Shown one piece after another: positions 53,610 through 64,000 of a stretch of 64,000 nucleotides of DNA (its first letter is position 1; each line of letters opens with the position of its first letter). A program made the position numbers and the translations under genes. A model generated the notes under the pieces. It did not search any database. It was not told the DNA's origin and was given only the letters and a program-made list of their open reading frames with translations. The stretch lies in the NCBI GenBank assembly GCA_028023455.1, contig JAQFVV010000007.1, positions 8,494,001-8,558,000 on the forward strand. Reading direction: 5' to 3'. This DNA comes from Epiperipatus broadwayi. Its lineage: Eukaryota > Animalia > Onychophora.

Positions 53610-54280
53610 CCTGTATCAAACCAATATTGTTCAAACATTTATCAAAACCTTTTTTAAAACATGTGGACATAATTAATATTTTTGATTAACTATTCATTAT
53701 ACTAGAGATTATCCACTTAATGAATAAGATTTCTGTAGTGTAATTTTTACTACACCAATCTCATGTAAGGTAGGAACTAATTTTATCAACTTTTAACACT
53801 TTGTGGAAGATAATCATAAACATATGACCAAAGACATCTTTTGAAAAAAATATTTTTGTTATATGTTTATGATTACATACCTCCACAAGGTGTTAAAAAT
53901 GGATAGAAATTAGTCTCTATCTTGCGTGAGTGGTGTAGTGGAAATTACACTACAGAAATATTATTCATTAAGTGGATAATCTCTAATCTAATAAATCACT
54001 AATAAAAATTGTTAATATACTGGTATTAAGTGGTTTGGGTCAAAGTTGTGAGGGTGTAAGTTTGATACATCAATTAAACCCTACTAATTGGCTATTTATA
54101 TATACTAAATAATGATAAAGATATGTGTACAAGATTGTGATCCAAACCACTCGATGAGTGCTAGATCAGCACGAAATGTGCGTCTTGGGGATCATACATC
54201 TATTTCACATATCTTTGGTCATATGTTTATAATTATATCCGCAAGGTGTTAAAAGCGGATGGAAACCAATCCCTACGTAA
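53610..54280. repeat. Family B HHR repeat: minus partial copy then tandem plus copies (~360-bp period)
   Basis: 53610-53835 is the reverse complement of ~53860-54075. The block ATATGTTTAT..ATTA..T..C..CAAGGTGTTAAAA recurs at 53861 and 54221. Confidence 0.72.
54137..54195 (+). ncRNA. Type I hammerhead ribozyme motif, family B (core slightly altered)
   Basis: GTGATCCAAACCA-CTCGATGA-GTGCT AGATC AGCAC-GAAA-TGTGC-GTC-TTGGGGATCAT. Stem II is perfect, the cleavage triplet is GUC, and the stem I flanks pair (GTGATCC/GGATCAT). The core reads CTCGATGA instead of CTGATGA. Confidence 0.7.
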
Positions 54281-55744
54281 ATGTTAACATATTGTTGACA
54301 TTATTAAATCATTCCTACCAAAAACAATCAACGTTTAATTATATATTAATACTATCCAAGATTATCTATGACCTAAGAAGCAGAGATTCAAAGATAAAAA
54401 CGTAAGAGTAAATAATTGTTTTAAAATAAAAACCCTCTACAGATCAAACAGAACGTTTTTTTTTTTTTTTGAGATTTTAAATTCCAGATTCGGTCTCTCT
54501 ACAAAGATTGCATTAAATTACGCAGAACATTAAAAAACAACAGTTCGTAAATATTTAGTGACCACGTAAATAATTTTACGGCTTATCAAATATATAATAG
54601 GAAATCGATCGGAGAAGGTGGATTGAACTTGGAGAGACCTTCATCCTGCAGTGGACTGATAATGGTTGATGATGATGATGATGAGATACTTTTATTATAT
54701 TGCTATTATTATTTTTAGTATCTTATTATGATAGAATTACGTAATTCTAGAGTTTAGAATTAGGCCAATTTCTAGTTTGTCTATTGTTTCCTGAATTTGC
54801 TAACACGGCGTTCTTTTAAGAAAAGATGCTCTTGAGTAAAACCAGCTGCTTGTCAAAATTTAAATTGTGACAACTAATGGGATTTTTATATGAACTGCCA
54901 AAAAATAATGAAGTCCAAGCGAAGGATAACTCTTACATGTCTGCTGTTAAAAATAACAATATTAAATGTAATCAAATTCTTTTAAATGAAACAATAAAAA
55001 AAAAGGCTTTACAATAGTGATTAAACTAAAAAAAAAATTTAACCCCCCCCCCGTATAATAACTAATCATCAACTGCCCTAGTGACACAAACATGATATCA
55101 CTAAAATGAAGAGCTACTTTTTTCCCCTCTCCCTCCAATATCATCATCATGTTAACTATTACAGATCCACTGCAGAAAAGTCTCTCCAAGGTTAATCCAC
55201 TTTCCCCAATCCAAACCAGTCTGTCAAAGTCATACCATCAAACTTCCTTAGGTCATCCATCTACCTCACATGTGGTTTCCTACTAGATCTTTTATAATCT
55301 CTTGAGATCAAATTTAAAATGTTAACTGCCATTTATTAATATCTTTTCTAGTATTATGTCTAACCCAAATCCTTTCTTTTAATAATGCCAGTAATACTTA
55401 GTTGGTCGCTCACTATTTATTTCATTTCAATAATTCCTAAGATACATCGCTAACGACCAAGTCTGAAATACATAAATAAGAACTAATAAACATGTAGATC
55501 CCTTTTCCATAATTATAAATTAATACGTTAATTAATCTGCAGGTTTGTTGATTTTCAAGAGTCACAATTATAGATAATATATAGAAAATGTGGTTAATTC
55601 AAATGCTTATTATTCAAATACTTCTATTCTCCAAACAATTTCAAAAGTAAACTTTAACCTTTTATAATAAATAAATTAATTTGTACTTGCATTTATAATA
55701 TTTGAAATACAGGCATTCTTCATATACCTGGATCTTAATTGTAA

Positions 55745-56281
55745 ATAAACGGGATTTGAACACAGACTTTAAGTCACCCTTCAACCATCCACACTATCGT
55801 ATACCACTGATACACATGACCACACACATGTAGAAAAGATAAATAATCACTAATATACGTATTTCGTGCTGAACCAGCACAGATCAGTTGGTCCAGATCA
55901 TCATCTCCCACTCATATATATATATATATAAGCAGTGCTCAGTTTATATTAAGACAGCAAATCTTCATACTTTAATGGACAGGCTTCAATCTACTCCAAC
56001 CCCAAACTCTTCAGCCATCCATACCATTAAAAATCTGATGATGGAATGCCCAAATCCCATGCTAATGCCAATATTATTGTTATGCCCATGTTGACCTCAA
56101 ATCACCCTGATCCTCATATATAGGACCTTATCCATTTAAATACATAAGTTCAACATGAAATACGTATATTGGTGATTATTTATCTTTTCTATGTGTGTGG
56201 TCATATGTATCAGTGATATAAGATAGTGTGGAGGGTTGAAGGGTGCTTGAAAGTCTGGGTTCAAATCCCATATATTTACAT
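55745..56281. repeat. Family A HHR repeat, inverted pair with ~190-bp spacer
   Basis: Minus copy 55745-55945 and plus partial copy 56140-56281 (GTTCAACATGAAATACGTATATTGG...GTCTGGGTTCAAATCCC). Confidence 0.8.
55843..55901 (-). ncRNA. Type I hammerhead ribozyme motif, family A (G8/A9 mutated)
   Basis: Reverse complement: GATCTGGACCAA-CTGATCT-GTGCT GGTTC AGCAC-GAAA-TACGTA-TA-TTAGTGATT. It has the GAAA and ATACGTAT palindrome that the 2922 copy lacks. Confidence 0.72.
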
Positions 56282-58979
56282 ACATTTATAAAAAAAATTT
56301 AAAAAGAAAATTTTCTGTAAATATCTACAATGGTTGAGTGCAGTATTATAGCTAAATATATTCTATTTACAGAATATTCTTATTCCCTAAATATTACTCT
56401 GATGTATCCTTTTCCTACTTCTCTCAGATGGTAATCATATCAATAATTTTCATGAAAGTTTGTCCTTTCTTTATTTTGTGACAACCACTACAAGCAGTTT
56501 CTTTACATACTATGTATACTTTCTATACTTTATCCTATATAATTTCAATTTGAATTATCTCAATTTCTCTTTAATGTAATATTCTTCACCCTCCTTCAAA
56601 AGTTCATCTCAGTGGATAATTTTAATCCATTTCTTTATTTGCATCCCAACTTATGCTGCTTTCAATGCAGCAAACTCCTGAAGTCTTCTTTATTCCCCTA
56701 TCAATTTGATTACATCATAAAATATGAATTGTCAATTCAAAATGGCACAATCAGCTACTCTTTATATATGTATATTTTTAAAAGTGTAGACATCAGACAT
56801 TCATTTTATCAGATGATTATGGAAAACTGAACGATGTGGTGAAGCGATCGGTAAGAATATAGATAGACTTAATATACATATATATTGAAAATAGAAATAC
56901 AGTTAGTAGCTTGAAAAAATAATGATTATTACAACGACTTTTAAATTTCGACTCATTAATAAAACAGCTAAGAATTAAAACTTGATAAACTACTGGAGTG
57001 AAAATGGAGGAACTTCCACAACAAGTCAGAGTTTAATCTTCAAACATACGATAAAAAATATTTAAGGGATTGCAACTTTAATATATATGTCTGGCTTGGG
57101 GTTGATTCTGGGGCTCATAGGTCTGGCAATCAAACTTCTTATGAACTTCTGAGCAATAAAGTCATACGCATTTTCTTTACCCTGAAGATATAGGCATAGC
57201 TGGTATAGCGTCTGAGGATCAGGAGGTCCCAGCATCTGGCACTTGAACTCCTAAGCAATAAAACCATAGGCCCTTTTTAATATGGTCAATTGAAAGTATT
57301 CTTCCAGTGCACCCACAACACTGAGTCTCACAAGTTACAGAATAGAAGATAACAGATCCACAACTGTTATAAATGAATATAAAATGTGGGGAGATTCAAT
57401 CATTAGCTTCGAAATTACCATGACAACTGTTTCAAAGGTTACAGAAAAAAAAAAAAATAGTTTCATAATGTTTTTATGACTTAAATTGAAATCAAATGTA
57501 AACATTTTCAAATCCACTTCATTCAATTAAAAAAATTGCTGAAGAAACGATAACTAAAACACTTTCTTCAAAACATAATACTCGAGTTAAATGACAAAAA
57601 AAATTTACAGAAATAATAAATGTTAATTTAAATATTACTATTTTTTTAAGAAATATTAACAACATTTATCTATGCGTGCACGCATTTTTATTCATTACTT
57701 TTGATTAAAATTTTGAATAACCTACATATTAGACACCGCTATTTAACAATAATGCCAAAAAGTATCTGTATGTGTGTGTGACATCTTCACGAATGGCAAA
57801 TGCCATATCATGCTTCCAATTCTTGTTCAGCACACGCCCAAAGAGTAATGGTAAAGTGTTCAGTGCCTGTATTATCTTGAATGCTGTACCATGCTTCTGC
57901 TTCACAGGTTGTATATCCCATTAAGAGTAAAGGTAAATGAGAATTTAATCTCTACGTGTGGGTGTCACTTTCATCACCAACAATGAAGGATGTCTCATCC
58001 TTCTGTTTCATGATTGCACATCTCACAAAGAATGATAATGAACAAAAGAATCTCAGTACATGTATCTATATGCCATATTCTTCACTAGGGGAGAAGACAA
58101 CACTATACTTCTGTTTTAAGGTCAGCACATCATTTCTCATCTGATCAAACATGATTGACTTGGAGCTTTTACTCTACAGCCATGATATCTAGAGACCTAT
58201 TTACTAACCAATATCTGGCTATTTGAGTCAGCACTGCCTTTGCTATGGAAAAATATAAACTGTAAGCTTAACTGAGAAATCCCCAACTACCTAAAATAAT
58301 TTTCAAACTAATCTCAGATTTGAATTCTGGATCATGGGTAGGGCAATACCATAATCATATTTGTTATCAATGAATTGCACTAGGTGATAGTTAATAGAAT
58401 CTGTTTATTCAGTCAATGTATTAACAATTCACATATGCATACAAATAAAAAATTGTAAAACTGCATATGAGCACCATGTTGAAATTTCAAAAAAGCTGCA
58501 GGTTTTCTGTGAGAAGTCAGTGAAAAATAGTGATATCTCATTTCTTATTAGAGAATGTCTGCATGGATTCATTATTATCTAAATCTGATGAAGAGAGAGA
58601 CTTATGAGATAGGTACATCATTCTCACAATCATCAAACCAATATTTGAGGTGTGGGCTATACAAAGCTGAGTATTATAATCTCTGCACTATATGTTGATG
58701 GTTTCCCCAAATACTCCTATAATATGCAGTTGAACTATAATAAAATAATACAAATACAATTATCCAAATTATGAGTGTTTCTCCACCAAAGTTTACAGTG
58801 ATGAAAAAATGACTTGAGTAATAGCCTTCTTTTAGTTATCATTAATCATAAATATTTTAAAACAGTTAGAATGTATTTTCAACATCTATTATTCATGTTT
58901 TATACATTTCCACAATTTCAATGATGTAAAATCTCACCAAGAAGCAATAACTTTAAAGTAATAGTCATAATTATCTTAC

Positions 58980-61218
58980 TCATAAAGGCCATGTGTGATT
59001 GTTTTATGCAATTGCTGAAAGATCTAGGTGTACTTGTCAATGCAGGATTGGTTCTGCTAGGATTTTTAATTTTGGGATACAGACCTTCATAATATATGCC
59101 AGTCCACATAGATAGTTCTATCAAATCAGACTTTAATGAAAATTATCAACCTTGAACCTACCTATAATGATACATTAAATAATGTAGAATTTTGGACATG
59201 ACATTTCAGATCATCAAGAATTAACAATTAATGCTGAACATATCTGATTATTCTTCTTAAAGATACAAAACTGTCTTCAACATCTTATAAAAAAAATGTA
59301 CTCCTCTATACTTAGAATTTAATCCTGGAATAGCCAACCTATAGATACACATGCTTAACATTGTGGGAATGAAATATAGTCATTAGACCTAATTTTGAGA
59401 ATCAAACTTAAAAAAAAATTTTTTTTTTTTAGTTCTGCAACATTTCAGTAAATATGCATTTGACAGTGATCTAATCTTGCATAGATTATGAATTAAACAG
59501 TTTACTTTTTTTAGGACTAAGCAATGTTCCTTCTTTCTTTAACCTCATACGACTACTTACATAAATGACAAAAAATAAAAATAGAGAGCACCACTGCCTG
59601 CAGTGGTTTTAATAATGTTTGGAATATGTATTTGGGCAGATTATTTGGATAACAATCCATTAGACTTGTTTGAAGAAGAGTACACAAACATTTAAATAGA
59701 GATACATGCTTCTATGATCAGCAATATTATTATGTTTGACAATTAAAACATTAACATTAGTATGGATTATTTTGACATTTCTATTCTCTATCTAATAATG
59801 ATTAGATATCCATTCAGTGACTAAATATTGATTGGCTAGCCATAGATCAGCTACTTGAAGTTATCCAAGCTGCATTTGGGTTTACAGGCTTTCTCAGTAC
59901 ATGTATTATCATATATTATGAGACTAAGACTAATCATTTGTGATGAGTATTGTTGAGGATATTTAATAGTGTTGTTTCTTATTGTCTGCATCAAAGTAAA
60001 ATAATTATTAATAACAATCCCCCTACACAGTCTTTCATGGTATAAAGCACTTTAGAAGAATTTGACTTGAATTTTTGTTAGTCTTGCAGAAATAACTATT
60101 ATTTTAAAATTTAGGTTCACCAGAAAGTTACTTCTATTTTCAATTACTATTATGTGAATATAATCAAATACTATCAACTGATCATTTGCTCAATGACCAT
60201 ATATCATCCAAACACCCTTGTGGCATAGGGATTACAGTTACTCAACAGAGATTTTTTTTTCTTTCTTTGGCTGAGGACCAAATCAAATGCTTTTATGTTT
60301 TAAGGTTTGCAATTCTATAGCTGTACTAATCTTAAATTTAGAAATCTAAAAATTAAAGATAATTATATATTTGATTGTTTCAATCATCTACTTTTAATTG
60401 TTAAATATTTTTAGACAAATTCAAATTTTATTTAAACTTTTCAATTATATTCAATTGTTAGCAATAGTGCACAGGTTAGTATATAGCACAAGTTTCAAGT
60501 CCTTTTGGTCTCCCCTGTTTTTCAAGTGTTACTGACTAGCTGATGACAGTAGTAGCATGGAAGTCAAACCAATTACTATTAGATTAAATTTTCAACTTAC
60601 TATAAATCTCTCCTCTTTTTCAGATATTGCTAATCCAACCACTGACAGTACTAAAACGGGGATCAAAAATGTTATTTTTAGATTGAATTGTCACATTAGT
60701 ACTATCGTTCTCTTTCTTCAGATGTTGTTGATCTGACTAAAAATAGTAGTGGCATAGAAATCAAACCTGGACCATTCAATTCTCACAGTAGTCATATAAT
60801 TTGTTAAGCCACAACATCTGAATAAGAGTAACAAAACATTGCACTATTGTAGTGTTTAATGTGCTAATTATATATAAACACAACTCGTGAAATGCCATTA
60901 TAGTGTTTATTAATGAAACAAACAATTGCATATTTAAATCATATATAGTGTTATATCTTCACCTGATACAGTTAATTTGGTATTCATTAATTGCCAGGCA
61001 ACTATAGAAGGAAAGAATTTCAGATGCCCTTACAAGTTTAGCTACCATTTCTAGTTGTTCTGTGCCAACTTGCCGTGAATTTGCCTCACTGCTTTAACCA
61101 TATAGTGGACAAGGTTTGTCAATAAATTATTGTTGTCTGTCCTTACCTCCAATTGGAATGAATATTTATGGCCAGATCCCCATGCACACTGTGAACAATC
61201 GGATTCAGTGAGCATCAT
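58980..61218 (-). other. Candidate two-exon spliced ORF fragment (61218-61147 joined to 59130-58980)
   Basis: Donors GAG|GTAAGG and A|GTAAGA, acceptor TTTTCATTAAAG|, phases compatible. It gives 74 codons without a stop: MMLTESDCSQCAWGSGHKYSFQLE/SDLIELSMWTGIYYEGLYPKIK...HMAFM. No family recognised. Confidence 0.25.
60440..60820 (-). repeat. Decayed tandem of about three partial pseudo-LTR-like units
   Basis: The block CTC(C)(T/C)CT(G)TTTTTCA(A/G)..T..CTGAC..A.TGACAGTA.TAGCAT recurs at ~60510, ~60610 and ~60710. The first unit also has CAGGTTAGTATAT, as in the pseudo-LTR. Confidence 0.55.
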
Positions 61219-62997
61219 TACCAGCTGGCCCCTTCTGGCGATTAAGACGTCTGCTATTTGTATATCCGTCGGTCCTCGGAAATAAATGCTCAACCCGATC
61301 AGGATAAGATAGAATCTGAACTACTTCATTATTTAAAAACAAGATGAGATATAACAAACTTAGGTATTATTTTAAAAAATAGAATGTATTTCAAAGGTTT
61401 TAAATAAAGTTTGAATTCTTTTAACAATTAAAAACTAAATGATAGAAAGGGAAGTCTACTCTAAATTACAAGCAATGATATCACCCAAACTCTCAGACAA
61501 ACATTAAGAATTAAAGGGTTTACTTTTCTTTATTGTCTACGTATCAAATCATAATATTTTTATAAAATTTCATATAATAAAATATACTCGCATGATTTGT
61601 CGTTTAAAAGTATTTTAGGACGATATATTCTGATTATAATTTAATAATATTTCTTTGTAGCTATCTAATTAAAATCATATACATCTTTTCTTAAGATCGT
61701 AATGATTTTTAGTTCTTTTGTGACTCAAAGTCGCTAAAATTATTAGTGAGAGTAGAGACATAATGAAATAGAAATGAAAGCCACGATTTATCAAAATAAT
61801 ACACACATTGCTACGTTTCATGTTCTCAAACGTACGTTTAATTCAAATATAATTGAAATTATATATATATAAATTTTCTTAATTTTTCATTCTTATTATC
61901 ATCCATGAGCAAACAAATATACCATTGTCTTTAATTCGACATCGTCGTTTGAAGTTATTTAAAGTTTAGCAGTCAATAGGGTTGTTGTCAGCAGGATATC
62001 TTTGTTTGAAATCTCAAATGTATTTTTTCCCCTTATATTCTGAAAAAAAAAATCACATAAAAAGGTAAGAAGAATAAAGTTAAAAGATAAATAAAAAAAT
62101 TTTGTTGGATATAATCCTTTACTTCCCTCTAGTGGTAACTACTGAAACTAACATTATGAAAGAAAATGTCTATGAAAAAAACAAAAATGATATGATTATA
62201 TCCCACTTTAATTAAAATAATCAACTATGGTTAGTTTGAACTTTTTTTTTTTTCAAAAAAGAGAGAGGAGGGAGAGAAAGGATCAAATAAAATAGTTTTT
62301 ATATTCCCATCAAATCCTAATTTTTCATTCATTTAACCAATATGTAGTAAACTCAATCGTTTAATATTATTTGTTAATGGTTATCTATCTATTCTTAGTT
62401 AGAGAGTAAAAGGATAATAAATACTGTTTACTTTTAAAGGAAGGTAATAGGAAAGGCCTTTGCTCAGTAATGGGTTACATAAGAGGCTGACTTACTCTTA
62501 TTTATTCTGATTCAAAAAACAATTTTAGTTTTGCTAATTAAATATTGGGGGAGAGGTGATAACTAGTATATAAAACGTATATTTGCAATCATTAGATAAT
62601 ATTGCCACAACTCATTCCGGGTTTTAACAGACTATATCTTAAGGGGCCTATTTTTGCCATTTCTAATGTTTCAACACAGTTTATGATCTCAAAGCAATAA
62701 GACATTCAATAATCGAATGACTATTACTTCAGAGTTTATAAGAAGTCCAAGCATTGGAGGTACCAAAACTGGACTCGGTTCGAAGTCCTTCATCATGAGT
62801 GATCTTTTTATTTATTCCGCTAAACCATGCAAGGAATTATTATTACTTTTTTCATCTATAAATTATTCACTGGTGAATCAATTGCTTTCTATATTTTGTC
62901 TATATTGACTTCTGTCTGTTTCTTTGTTGTCTCCCCTCCCCCCTCCTTCCACTATCATTATATTTCTAGATAATGATTATCTTCTTTCTAGGATAGG

Positions 62998-63129
62998 TAT
63001 CTTGTTTATTATGTATTTTGTTTGTATTTACGTAAATCAGCTCATTCTTTAAGTTTTTTCTATATCTTGTCTATTATGTATTTTGTTTGTATTTATGTAA
63101 ATCAGCTCATTCTTTAAGTTTTTTCTATC
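62998..63129. repeat. 65-bp tandem duplication (2 copies)
   Basis: The unit starting CTTGT at 63001 recurs at 63066 with 2 substitutions. Confidence 0.9.
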
Positions 63130-64000
63130 TTTATAATGATATCAAGCATTTTTTTTTCTTCTTTTGGATGATTAGTATCCTTTCTTTTTGTATCCTCTTT
63201 TTTTTCATTTAACATAAGGTAAGAAAAATGTAAAAATTAAATTTCTACATAAACTTAGGTAATGTCACTTTTAAAATTTCTATTGAGTTTAAAAGACGAT
63301 CATAATAATAGTTTTTCAATTTGTTATATATTTCACATCTTTCTTTGTCAGCTGCCTTGAAGCCTTCCAATAATTGACACAAATATAATGGCTAACTTGT
63401 GTTAATACTGTAGAGGCAATTGACTTGGTTCAAGATACTACAAACACTTAATATAAGTTCAACCCATAAATATTTAGCTTTAGAAGCAACATTATTCAAG
63501 GAAAAATATATCTATAAATATTTCAATTTAAATGGATAAAAAAAAAAACATATACAGATATTTCGGTTTAAAAGAAAAAAAAATAATACAAAACTAATCA
63601 AAGAATACCACAATAAGTAAATTCAATAGCATTCAGTGAATTATATTATTATTTAAAAACATTTACAATAAAATAGGAAACAGGAAATACATCTCACTAG
63701 AGGTTAGAGCACTGATGGACAAGTGACCAAATGGCTGCGAAAATGTTAGAATGGGGTGACTTTTTTATCCCTTTGTTTTATTATCTCTAATTTGTTTTAA
63801 AAGTGTTAAAATTCCTTGCATTACTATTGTAAATATAATTGCATCTAGTGCTTCATAATGCATATAGTATAAATGTTGTTGTTCTTATTTCTGTGCAGCA
63901 GGCATTTGGAAAAGACTTTATAATTGAACTTATAGTGGCATTCTTTTTCTGATAAATTTATGTATTGTAGGATACTACACTCAAAGAATACATATTTTTG

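Noticed and set aside
57060-58200. Protein-like interrupted frames on the minus strand (e.g. MLGPPDPQTLYQLCLYLQGKENAYDF...; WDIQPVKQKHGTAFKIIQAL...)
   Set aside because: There is no recognisable motif, they are bounded by stops without usable splice sites, and they could not be joined in phase to neighbouring candidate exons.
61213-61232. CAGCTGGTAAT, resembling part of miR-283/216
   Set aside because: The seed region does not match and there is no precursor hairpin.

Overview
AT-rich, CpG-depleted eukaryotic DNA. It is probably an invertebrate or arthropod (inferred from composition and repeat types only). I could not recognise any intact host protein-coding gene. The window is mostly decayed mobile DNA: two head-to-head Penelope-like elements (PLE; reverse transcriptase plus GIY-YIG endonuclease) at 42610-47870, RTE-like and other LINE remnants, a Tigger/pogo-like deletion derivative, MITEs and tRNA-derived SINE pieces. 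The main signal is RNA-structural. At least four repeat families carry type I hammerhead ribozyme (HHR) cores: the PLE pseudo-LTR, a ~445-bp tandem family (C), a ~200-bp family (A) and a ~360-bp family (B). Together they give about 17 recognisable but individually degenerate ribozyme copies. Wherever both orientations occur at one locus, the minus copy is on the left and the plus copy on the right, the same geometry as the PLE itself. This suggests a PLE-driven set of non-autonomous retrozyme-like repeats (inference). Scattered splice-signal-bounded segments suggest a decayed spliced gene (1300-5500, minus strand) and possible short or non-coding transcripts, all at low confidence.
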